DNA of 64,000 nucleotides from Octopus bimaculoides (GCF_001194135.2 NC_069007.1:22069924-22133923), one strand, 5' to 3'; positions 50,901 through 62,380 are shown, numbered from the stretch's first letter. Notes: generated by a model from the letters alone, not told the origin. Numbers and translations are program-made.

Positions 50901-53900
50901 CTTTTTTTTCTTTCTTTTCTTTTTTTGTTAATGCCTTAATTTTATTGTATCCTTCAGGAAATCCAGCAATCTTCTTCTTTTGAATTAAAACCATCAGAAT
51001 CTGTTGAGAAATTAGACTCCTCAGATTGGCCCTTATTATTGAAGGTAAGTTGTAAACTTCTCTTTCCCTCTCTCTCTCTTCAACGTCTTTTCAGCACCCC
51101 CTTGTATGTGTGTGTGTGTATGTAAGTTTGTGTTTGTCCCCCACTGCCACTTTGTAACCTATTTTGGTTTGTTTACACCCTCGTGATTTAACGGTTTGCA
51201 AAAGGAGACTGATAAAATAAGTACCAGGGTTGATTTGTGTCGCTAAACCCTTTAGAATGGTGCCCCAGGATGGTTGCCACCCAAAGACTGAAACAAATAA
51301 CAGGTAAAAGATATTAAAAGAGGGGGCAGTAATATATAGAGATTCCAAAGGATCAAAGGAGGACCCCCTTCGGTCATGAATGACCATGAGATTGCATTTA
51401 GAAAGATCCCCTCGGAGGCACAAATGCAGGCAAGGTTATTCATGAAGGACCAGTCTGCATACCAGCCCCTCCTCCGCACCATCGATGTTATCCAAGAGAA
51501 AATCAAAAGCCAATTACAACTTGGCACCAGTTATGTCAGAACCCATTTCTATGGCTGATTGGACTGGAGTAATGTGAAATAAAGTGTCTTGTTCAACAGC
51601 ACAACACAGCCTCATCTGGGAATTGAACTCACTACCTCATGATTGTAAGCCTGATGCTCTAACCACTGAGCCAAAGGGTTAAGGACACTAATTTAACTGT
51701 GATCAAGAATTGAGACCTGGTGTTTCTAATGAAATTTCATTATTGAATTTTTGTTTTTGTTTATTTTGTGTCATAACTCTGTAATTCTTATTTTGTCACT
51801 CTTGTTCTTGCAGAATTTTGACCGGTTAAATTCTCGTACAAATCACTTCACTCCAATTCCAAGTGGTTGCTCACCTCTCCAACGGCCTATAGCTGAATAT
51901 GTTAAGTAAGTGACACATTACAGCCTTGTTTTAACTCCTCCCCTAAAGTGCCATAAAAAAAATAAACTTGAATTAAACATACATTATCCTGTAACTACAA
52001 AATTTCTATGATGTGATTGTAGGGTGAATGTGAAAGGCCAGATCAGGAGATCTGGCTGGTTTTGTTTATGTTTATTGTTTTATTAATTTCAAATTTTGGN
52101 NNNNNNNNNNNNNNNNNNNNNNNNNNNNNNNNNNNNNNNNNNNNNNNNNNNNNNNNNNNNNNNNNNNNNNNNNNNNNNNNNNNNNNNNNNNNNNNNNNNN
52201 NNNNNNNNNNAAGACAGAGTTGAATTTGAACTCAAAGCATTGAGGGACAACTTGGATTTTACCCTACCTACATTATATAAAATGATATGTATCTAGGGGG
52301 AAGGAATGTAGTCAGTTGAATTAATAGAAGAAGGGTGTCGATCATGCTCAATTAATAAATTGTGAACTAACGACTCTGCCAGCTTACCATCTTACATATT
52401 ATTATTCTATTAACATTCATCATTGCCACCATCGTTCAATGTCCGCCTTCCATACAATAGAGTTGTAAGGGTGGAGAAACACTTTTGATTCAATGATGGC
52501 TGACCAAAGGCTAAACTTATACAACTTTTCCTCTGTCTTCTTCGATTTGTTTATCACTTTTGTTTCGTCTTTTGTTTTTTAGTGCTGGTTTTATGACTTT
52601 GGACAAACCAGCCAATCCATCGTCCCATGAAGTAGTGGCTTGGTTAAAACGGATTTTACGTGTCGAGAAAACAGGTCATGGTGGTACTCTTGATCCAAAA
52701 GTCACAGGTTGTCTTATTGTATGCATCGGACGAGCAACTCGTATTGTGAAATCTCAACAGAGTGCGGGTAAAGAATATGTTTGCATTTTCAAGCTTCACA
52801 GTATCGTGAGAGAAGAGCCAAAAATTATTCAGGTAAGATCAAATTTTACGTAATCTGCTAATCATCATCATCATCCTCATCGTTTAATATCCTCCTTCCA
52901 TGCTGGCATGGGTTGGATGGGCCGACAGGAGCTTTTTATATTTCCTTTTTTTTTTTAGTGCCTGGAACGACTAAAGGGAGCCTTGTTTCAACGCCCTCCC
53001 CTTATTTCTGCAGTTAAGCGACAACTTCGGATTCGGACAGTGTATGAGTGTAAATTACTTGAATATGATGCTGACAATGCCCTTGGTAAGAATGTTTTGA
53101 TGTTGTTGTCACTAATCTTTGACTTAATGTACTGAAAATGACACAAACTGTTGAACTTAGAAGCAGCACAACTCTCATTAGCAAAAGAATTCTGAGATAT
53201 TCCTTCATCGCCTCCAAAGATTTTCTAAAGCCCAACAAATTAGTGTTATTTAATCTTATTAAAGTGATTATGTCCTCCTCATAAACCTGCAAGTCCGCAG
53301 GGCTCCACCTACGTTTAAATCATTATACTTGACAAGAGTAATCTGAATGCTAAAGAGTTGACCCTTTAGCATTTAAACCAGTCATGTCCGGTCAAAATAT
53401 TCTGTTTCATGTCCAAACTGGTCTCTTGCACCAACACTAGAATGTTGTTCTAAAAATAAACAATCACATTGAAATCTCAAAGCTACAAGATAATACATGA
53501 TTAATTCAGAACAATGTGAATAAATAAGCATTACATTTGACAAAATAATCTGAATGCTAAAGGATTAATTGTTGTTTTGTATAATTTAATTTTCAGGGAT
53601 ATTTTGGGCGAGCTGTGAAGCCGGAACCTACATCCGTACCATGTGTGTTCACTTGGGACTTATGGTTGGTGTTGGTGGTCAAATGCAAGAATTACGAAGA
53701 GTGCGGTCTGGGATCCAATCAGAAAAGGTTTTTGTCTCTCCTTCTTTCACTCTCACAGCCACACATTCTCCTCTAACTACACACACACACATTCACATTT
53801 ACATATATTTGAATGTACAAACTTTACATAACTTAATGGGTGCAGTCATGGCTGTGTGTTAAGAAGCTTGCTTCTTAACCACATAGTTCCTGGTTCAGTC

Positions 53901-56900
53901 CCACTGCGTGGCACCTTGGGAAATTGTTTTCTGTAGCCTCAGGTTGACCAAAGCCTTGTGAGTGGACCTGATAGATAGAAACTGAAAAAAAAAAAAAGAA
54001 ATATTTAAAAAATGCTTTGCTTATTTTCACTTGACAGGATGGTTTGGTCACAATGCACGATGCCATGGATGCCCAATGGGTTTATGATAACCACAAAGAT
54101 GAGTCTTATTTGCGGAGGGTCATAAAACCACTTGAAGCTTTGCTTGTTTTACACAAGAGAGTCATCATGAAAGATTCTGCCGTATGTATTCTTATTTCAT
54201 TTTATACAGTTTGTTAGTATTTCAGGCAATAGAGCTTTAGATTAATGTATTACAGTATTTAGTTGTAATAAACTAATGATAAGCTAATATATTACAATAT
54301 TTAGTTGTGATAGACTAATGTACAGCATCTTTCTGCTTGTTATTCTGTTGCTCAGCCTGGTGGTGGCGTCACCTAGGCAGAATTTGAGCACAGAATGTGA
54401 AGATGCATGAAATGCTGCTAACCATTCTGCCAGCTTGCTGCCAACACAATAATATCGATTCCTAACATTTGGAAGGTTTTAATTTAGATCCGTTTGAAAC
54501 AGGAATTTTGTATCACAGAACCAGGGATAGTTTCAGACATGTTCGTATCAAAAGGATTTTAAAACGGTAGAATTTGGACAAAATAGTGAAAAAGTAACAT
54601 CTTGATTTGCCGTAATCAAGAGAAGTTCACATCAATGTATGAGAATGTACAGTTATTTTTCTGTTTTTTTAGATGTAGGGACCAGTTTTCAAAGCAGATT
54701 GGCCAGTGGGAATGGAAGAAGGGTATCAAACTAGAAGATTAAATGATAATAATATTGGTTCTCTGTTTTGTTCTGTTTAGATAAATGCTGTGTGCTATGG
54801 TGCCAAAATCATGTTACCAGGAGTCCTCCGCTATGATGATGGCATTGAAATCAACCAGGAAATTGTGATAGTCACTACCAAAGGAGAAGCTGTTTGCATC
54901 GGTGAGTTCTCTCAATTGTCTGTACAAAGAATTTAGTCGTTCACCCCTTTGTGTTTGGGTCTAAAAACTATCATCTGTTTTGCTTTTGTTGCTTTAGCAA
55001 CTTTGTTATTTTGGAAAGTTAGCCACTCTTTTTTATGTAAGGTCAGTTAAGTGTTAGTGTGGTTTAGTGATTGCCATCATCATTCAAGCAGTGTTGGGAG
55101 ACAATGACACACACACACTTATTACAGAGCTGGTTTTAAGCCAATTCGAAAGATTTGTTTCTTTGCCACCAGCTCAGTCTTGGTGTAGCAGGCAGAGATT
55201 GGTGTCTTTCTCAACTGTCCCCCCTTCACACACACACACACACACAGAGTAATCCACAGGATTACAATGAAGAGAATTAGGAGGCCAGAAACTGGGTCTG
55301 GTGAAATTCTCTGCCATCCATTTTCTAGAGGTTTGGCAAGGAGCCAGGTCCCGTTACTACACATAAGCCTTCCAGCAGCTTCACAAAGCTTAAGGCCCTG
55401 TTGAAGGATGTGGGACAGGATGACATCCCCCTCACTGGAGACACACCCAGAGACCATCACAGGTTGCGAGAAGTTGGTTTCCATGATATGCATGTCACAT
55501 TTTACAGCCTTTAAGGTATTCACAGAGCTCTGGGCACCGGACATAATGTCACCATTTTGATACCCAACACAAATCATGATACAAGTAACTCTTTTCCAAT
55601 ATTCAGATGGCTTCCAGTCTTCCATATCAACTACGGCTTTGGTCTTTATGCTTTCCAGTGCTATTGACTGTTCACCAATACATCAAGCTGTTCTTGGGAA
55701 AAACAGACATAAATGAATGATCGAATTTAGCCCAAACACCCTGCAATGCAAAGTTGAATCAAACTATGAACCATGTGATTATGAAGCCAGTTCATTGTCA
55801 CCGGTTAGGCTGCTGTTTGCACCAAAACTGATATTTACAGAAAGACAATTACCATGATTTACTTTAAAGATTGAATTTTTAAAACTTTTCTTTTCGTTTC
55901 TTTCTCATTTTCTCTAGCCATTGCCCTGATGACGACGACTGTTATCGCAAGTTGTGATCATGGAATTGTTGCTAAAATAAAGAGGGTAATAATGGAGCGA
56001 GATACTTACCCAAGAAAGTGGGGTCTTGGACCAAAAGTACGTATAACTTTATTGCTATTATATTGTTGTTACTGTTAGCTGTCTTTGTAGAAGTGAAATA
56101 ATTCTGATTAATAGCTTGGCCCCTTTACCATATATATATATATATATATATGCAAGAGAGACGATTGCGCTGGTATGGACATGTGGTGAGAATGGATGAG
56201 AATAGCTGCGTGAAAAAGTGCCACACCCTAACAGTTGAGGGAACCCGTGGAAGAGGTAGGCCCAGGAAGACCTGGGCTGAGGTGGTGAGGCAAGACCTTC
56301 GTACATTGGGCCTCACCGAGGCGATGACTACTGACCGAGACCTCTGGAAATGTGCTGTGCGTGAGAAGACCCGGCAAGCCAAGTAAGATCGTTGCCAGTG
56401 CCCCTGGACTGGTTCTTGTGCGGGTGGCACATGAGATGCACCATTTTGAGCGTGGCCGTTGCCAGTACCGCCTGATTGGCTCCCGTAGGATTTTCNNNNN
56501 NNNNNNNNNNNNNNNNNNNNNNNNNNNNNNNNNNNNNNNNNNNNNNNNNNNNNNNNNNNNNNNNNNNNNNNNNNNNNNNNNNNNNNNNNNNNNNNNNNNN
56601 NNNNNNNNNNNNNNNNNNNNNNNNNNNNNNNNNNNNNNNNNNNNNNNNNNNNNNNNNNNNNNNNNNNNNNNNNNNNNNNNNNNNNNNNNNNNNNNNNNNN
56701 NNNNNNNNNNNNNNNNNNNNNNNNNNNNNNNNNNNNNNNNNNNNNNNNNNNNNNNNNNNNNNNNNNNNNNNNNNNNNNNNNNNNNNNNNNNNNNNNNNNN
56801 NNNNNNNNNNNNNNNNNNNNNNNNNNNNNNNNNNNNNNNNNNNNNNNNNNNNNNNNNNNNNNNNNNNNNNNNNNNNNNNNNNNNNNNNNNNNNNNNNNNN

Positions 56901-59900
56901 NNNNNNNNNNNNNNNNNNNNNNNNNNNNNNNNNNNNNNNNNNNNNNNNNNNNNNNNNNNNNNNNNNTATATATATATATATATATTATATATATAATATA
57001 AATAATATAAAATAATATATGCATATATCCATACATATATGTACATACCTACATCTATATGTATACATACATGTATATATGGGTACAGGACATCAAAAAA
57101 ACGTTAAACACAATGAGAAACAAAAACATAGAAAACGAACTTTTTTCGAACAACGAAAAAGTCAAACAGAAACGAGATGTGCAACATAAAGAGTATACCC
57201 CTTCGTCAGTTGTCCCTGTTTCATCTACTCTGCGTTTGAACATCCAATTTTCCATGTTTGCATGGGTCTCATGGAGTTTATTCAGGCAGATTTTCTATGG
57301 GATTGGATGCTCTTCCTGTTGCCAACCCTTACCTGTTTCCAAGCAAGGTAATATTTCCCCATGGCCAGGCGATGTTCTTGTAGAATTTTGCTCATGAATG
57401 ACACTGTTTGCATGACAGCAACACTCATGCAATAGGCACACACACACACACACACACACACAAGCATCTTTCAGACTTCACTGAATCTACTCACAAAGCT
57501 TTGGTTTGCAGAAGGTCACAGAAGACATTTTGCTTAGTCATATAAGGTCATCATCTTTATCCCTTTAGTATTTAAACAGGCCATATTTGACCAAACTAAT
57601 CTACTTATTTTATCTTCAAACTAGCCAGATCTGGCCTCTCACACTTAACCTACAATATTATTCTAAAAGTAAACAATCATGTCATTGAAATCTCAAAGCT
57701 ACGAGATCAATGTGAATAGATAAGCATTCCATTTGACAGTAATCTGAACGCTGAAGGGTTAGCCATAATCTGTAATTGTTGAAAATCTCATTGGTTCTCA
57801 GCTCTGACAATCTTATGATAAACAGGTTGGTAAACACTTGAGGAAATGATAGTGTAACACAAAGCACAAACGATTTCATTCTATTTTTTCTATTTCAGGC
57901 AGCTATAAGGAAACACATGATTTCCAGTGGTTTACTTGATAAATATGGTAGACGTAATGCTAATACACCAGCAGACTGGGACGAAAACAAAGAATCGATG
58001 TGAGTTAAAATTTTCATTTGCTGTTTTGTCTGTACCCCTTCCTTTCCAATTACCAGCCTTTTACCAACTTCTCTCAAACAAAAAGATCACAAAATATCAA
58101 TATGTCCTCAGTTTCTCCTTTTAGCTGTTCTTTAAATATTTTAATAAAGTGTTATTTGCAATTTGATAAAACATCAAAAGCAGTAGTTATAGGGGTACTT
58201 ATTACAAGTTAGATATTTATATAGATTTTTTCCTTTCCTGAAGTGAAAGACAAAGGACTAACGGTACATTTTTTTAAAAATTTTGTTGCAGAAAGAAGTT
58301 AATTAAAATTGAAAAGTCATCAGATGATGAGAAAATAAAGAAAGTAAGTATTATTATTATTATTATTGAGGGCACATGGCCTAGTGGTTAGGGTGTTCCA
58401 CTTTTGATTGCGAAATCATGGTTTCAATTCCTAGACTGGGTGGTGTGCTGTGTTATTGAGGAAAACACTTCATCTCGCATTGTTCTGCATCACTTCAACA
58501 CCTGATGCGTGTTACACTGTGTACCTGATCAGGCAATGTCAATGCGATGGAGGGAGTTAGCTAATGTACAGCACAAACATTTGATCCTTAATAAACAAAT
58601 CATTTGTGCAGGTCATTCGGCAAAACAGCTGAACACTCTTGCGTCTTCTTCAACAGGAAAGTCCACCACCACCATCATCATCATCGCTGCTGCTGCTACT
58701 AAGGGAGTTGGCTGGCAAAATGCTTTGCAGTATTTTGTGTGTCTTCAACTTGTGTTCAGATTTTGGTGAGATCAACTTTGCCTTTCATCTTTTTGGAGTC
58801 AACACTGGATGCCATGCAATGACACTGAACCAGGTGCCCCACCTCCGTGCCTGGGTGCAGTTTCTCTATTACTCAGTAACAACATACCAATTTAACGCGG
58901 TGACTGTACCTCAAATGCACATAATTGGTTTATTGACAGCTTGTTGAGACCGGATTACCTGGATTCTATCGTCTATCACTGGATATATTTGTTAGCCTGG
59001 TGTATCTGCCTGTACAGGGAGCTTAAGTGTTTTGCTTGGATTATGAATCCCATTTTTTCTTTTGATGTGTGTGCGAGTGTGTATATCAGTGTCTGTATGT
59101 GTGTGTGTGTGTGTCTCTCTCTATATATATATCTGTGTGCGTATATAGGTATAGGTATAGGTGTGGTTGTGTGGCACCTTGGGCAAGTGTCTTCTACTAT
59201 GGCCTTGGACCAACCAAATCCTTGAGTAGATTTGATACACAGAAATTGAAAGAAGCCAGTCATGTGTATGTGTGTGTCTTTGTGTCTTTCTGTACCCCAC
59301 CACCACTTGGCGACCAGTGTTGGTTTGTTTATGTTCCCATAACTTAGCAGTTTGGTAAAAGTAGCCAATAAAATAAACACCGGGCTTCAAAAATAAAATA
59401 AGTACTGAGATCGCTTCATTTGACTGAAAATTTTTCAAGGTGGTGCCTCAGCATGGCTGCAGTCAAGTGACTGAAACAAGTTAAAACTAAAAGAAGATAT
59501 GTGTGTGTTCTTTCTAGCAGGTTGAGCAACCTCATAGAAGATCCCATCCCTTGTTAGCTTGGGTCTTTGTCTTGTTTAGCCCCTAGGTGAATACACTTTT
59601 GATCAAAAGCATTCCGGTTGGGATCATCCAGTCTTCTTCTTTTTTTCCCATCTCAGTATATTGTACCTACATTTTAAGATAATCGGGAGGTATTTCGCTG
59701 CTATCTCTAGCATATACAAACTCTGTAGATGCCAACTATATTTCACGGTTACAAATGTGTGTTTTGCCCTTTTCCAAACTATTTCTTCATGCTGTCCGTG
59801 TTTTCTGTTTGTTCAGTGGAAACGCAAACCGAGCGTCAGTTCCAATGAAGGCGGAGCAGCAGAGAGTTCTGTGAAGAAAGAAAAGAAGAAGAAAAAGAAG

Positions 59901-61650
59901 AAAAGCGATGACGAAAAGGAAGTAAAACAGGTAAGAAATCTGTTGTTGTTGGGGGGGGGGGACAGTCGAAATTACTTGCAGTTCATTAGTTGTTCTTTTA
60001 CATTCTGAGTTTAAATCCTGAAATAACTTTAGTAAAATGAGAACCAATCAAGTACTGGGACAATTAAATTGACTGGGCTCAGCTGACAGAATCGGTAGTG
60101 CATTGAATTAACATATAAGAGGCTGAGTACTCCACAACATACCATTTACCTGTTCAGTCATTCCTGAAACTCTGTAGAAGTCAACTACATTTCATAGTTA
60201 TGAATGTGTGTGTCTGGTAATTAGGTGCACAATCAAGCCAGTGGATGTGTATGTATGTGCTCGGTCTTTTTCTGAACAATTTATCCATGTTTTTCTGCTT
60301 GTTCAGGTCAAACGTAAAGCTGAGAGCAGTTCCGAGGATAACGCATCGCCTCAAGAGGCAATAAAGAGTTCTGTGAAGAAAGAAAAGAAGAAGAAAAAGA
60401 AGAAAACCGATGATGAAGGGGATGAAGAGGTAAGAAGCCGTTGTTATTGTACGAAGGTCACAATAGGAAATAATACGAATTAAAATTGCGTGGCTGTGTT
60501 GTAAGAAGTTTGCTTCCCAGCCACATGGTTCCAGGTTCAGTCCCACTGCATAGCACCTTGCGCAAATGCTTTCTACTATAACCTTGGGCCAGCCAAAACC
60601 CTGTAATTGGATTTTGGTAGATGGAAACTGTACAACAGTTTTGCGCGCACACATATCATCATCATTTATAGTCCTTTGTCCATGCTGGCATGGGTTGGAC
60701 GGTTGACTGGGACAGGTAAGCTGGAGAGCTGCAGCAGGCTCCAGTCTGATTTGTCTTGGTTTCTACGGCTGGATGCCCTTCCTAACGCCAACCATTTCAA
60801 GAGTGTAGAGAGTGCCTCTTGTGTCACCAACACGGGTGCCTGTTACATGTCACTGGTACGACTACGATTTCACTTGACTCGACATATCTTCTCCAGTGCA
60901 GCAAATTGCCAAAGGTCTCGATCATTTATCACCTCTGTGAGACCCAACATCCAGAGAGTGTGTTTCACCACCTCACTCCATGTCTTCCTGGGCCCACCTC
61001 AGGTTCCCTCCACAGTTAGAGATCAGCATTTCTTTATGCAGCTGTCTTCAACACTATTCACTCTCATCCTAAAAACAAACAAACACTTCATTGAAATCTC
61101 AATACAAAAAGATGATGCATGAGTAATTGAAAACAAGGTGAATAAATAACCATTACATTAGACAGAAGAATCTGAAGGGTAAAGGGTAAAGATAGTATGC
61201 TGCAATTTGAAGGTGATTTGGTTGCTATTTCTTGCAGTCTCCTACATTAGCTTTGGTTTGTTGCAATTAGCTGTCCATTCCCTACAAGTTCTATGACCAA
61301 AGACATTCTATGATTTTCTCAATTTTTGTTATCAGGTTTCTTTAACAATTGAGGGAAATTTGGTTGCTATTCTTAGCAATCTTCCTCATTGATTCATTTC
61401 CCCTTTAAATCTTAATGCTGTGATGTGAATTTATTTAACCCTCCCCCCCTTAACAAAAATAATTTGACAGCGAATTTCTTGTCTCAGGGCTTCTCCTTCT
61501 ATAACAGATTTTCCTTTGAATTTTTCTATATCTTCCTTTCTCTTTGTCTTTTTCATAACTTAAGTCTTTAAAATATTTCTCAAATATTTGTAGGGTGAAA
61601 AAAAGAAGAAGAAGAAAAAGAAGAAAAAGGAAAGCAAAGACGATGACTAA
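47949..61650 (+). CDS. DKC1: Dyskerin, H/ACA RNP pseudouridine synthase (Cbf5/Nop60B orthologue), 524 aa
   Basis: Exons: 47949-47967, 50271-50308, 50958-51044, 51814-51905, 52583-52832, 52959-53085, 53597-53727, 54038-54181, 54781-54901, 55918-56036, 57899-57999, 58292-58343, 59817-59930, 60307-60429, 61594-61650 (1575 nt, all GT-AG, in phase). Motifs [26 protein letters not shown] (catalytic Asp), [27 protein letters not shown] domain, [11 protein letters not shown], Lys-rich tail. Confidence 0.98.
48827..48997. mobile_element. Degenerate hAT (Charlie/MER-type) MITE in DKC1 intron 1
   Basis: Starts CAGGGGTCCC and ends …gtccgtggtgccaaagagattGGGGACCGCTa, a typical hAT-Charlie terminus; the 8-bp TSD is not conserved. 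Confidence 0.6.
55243..55700 (-). mobile_element. Tc1/mariner-superfamily transposase remnant in a DKC1 intron
   Basis: Minus strand: [19 protein letters not shown]… then, after a frameshift, [22 protein letters not shown]…[16 protein letters not shown], matching the QQDxAPxH and WPPNSPDLNPxDY motifs; contains stops and a deletion. Confidence 0.85.
56150..56495 (+). mobile_element. 5'-truncated RTE LINE 3' end (young-looking), starting at a (TA)n tract
   Basis: ORF 56150-56386, [14 protein letters not shown]…[14 protein letters not shown]…DRDLWK, is the RTE ORF C-terminus; CpGs retained; runs into the gap at 56496. Confidence 0.9.
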
Positions 61651-61915
61651 ATAATAGATATGTATGTATATACGAGAAGTACACATAGCAAATTAGGAGA
61701 CGCACACCGAGGTAAGGTGAAAAAGGCTAATTTGGTTTAGCAGGGAAGTCCATTCCTCCAAAGATGATTTAGCCTGTCTCATTCCTTAGTGCCCCACTTC
61801 TAATTTTCTAAAGGCACTCGAAGGCTTTTGTAATATTGTTGGATTACAAATAGCATAGACTTCTGTGTACTTCTCATACTGACTTACTTAAAAGCACTAT
61901 TCTACNNNNNNNNNN

Positions 61916-61958
<43 letters not shown>

Positions 61959-62102
61959 GTATATGTGTGTGAGTGTGTAATATATGTATACATGTATGTG
62001 TGTGTACATATATATATATATGTATATGTATATATATATATACGTATATGTGTGTGTGTGTAATATATGTATACATGTATGTTTGTGTGTATGTGTGTGT
62101 AC

Positions 62103-62137
<35 letters not shown>

Positions 62138-62320
62138 TTTGCTTTTCCGTCAATGTAAACTTACAAAAGATTTATTGAGATCATTTTTGTGCTACATTGA
62201 ATTCTTTCATGAAATTTTGCACTGATTATTTGTTCTTCAACAAATCATGGACTCTAATGGATTTCATTGACATTAAAAAGACAATACCTTTTCTTCACCA
62301 TTCTTACATCATATTTACAG

Positions 62321-62380
62321 CTGGTCATTGTTAGAACTTTACATCAATGGATGCAATAAATCATTTTGAATTTTTATTTT
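62321..62380 (+). terminator. Candidate non-coding terminal exon and poly(A) site of DKC1
   Basis: Pyrimidine-rich acceptor …ttcttacatcatatttacAG (62320), AATAAA at 62355-60, U-rich tract at 62371-88; pairs with donor GAG|GTAAGG at 61711/61712. Confidence 0.5.

Noticed and set aside
53274-53310. CCGCAGGGCTCCAC, nearly antisense to 18S GUGGAGCCUGCGG, within a small hairpin
   Set aside because: The opposite pocket strand does not match the target flank and there is no H/ACA geometry; probably chance or a TE fragment.
53728-54037. Intron equivalent to the human SNORA36 host intron
   Set aside because: It contains only low-complexity sequence and a family A SINE; no snoRNA seen.
57196-57235. 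Minus-strand GAAAC…CTGACGA in a dispersed repeat
   Set aside because: The element order and GAC triplet do not fit any hammerhead topology.
58032-58198. GTACCCCT/AGGGGTAC long-range complement in a DKC1 intron
   Set aside because: An isolated 8-bp match; the neighbouring complements are not nested.
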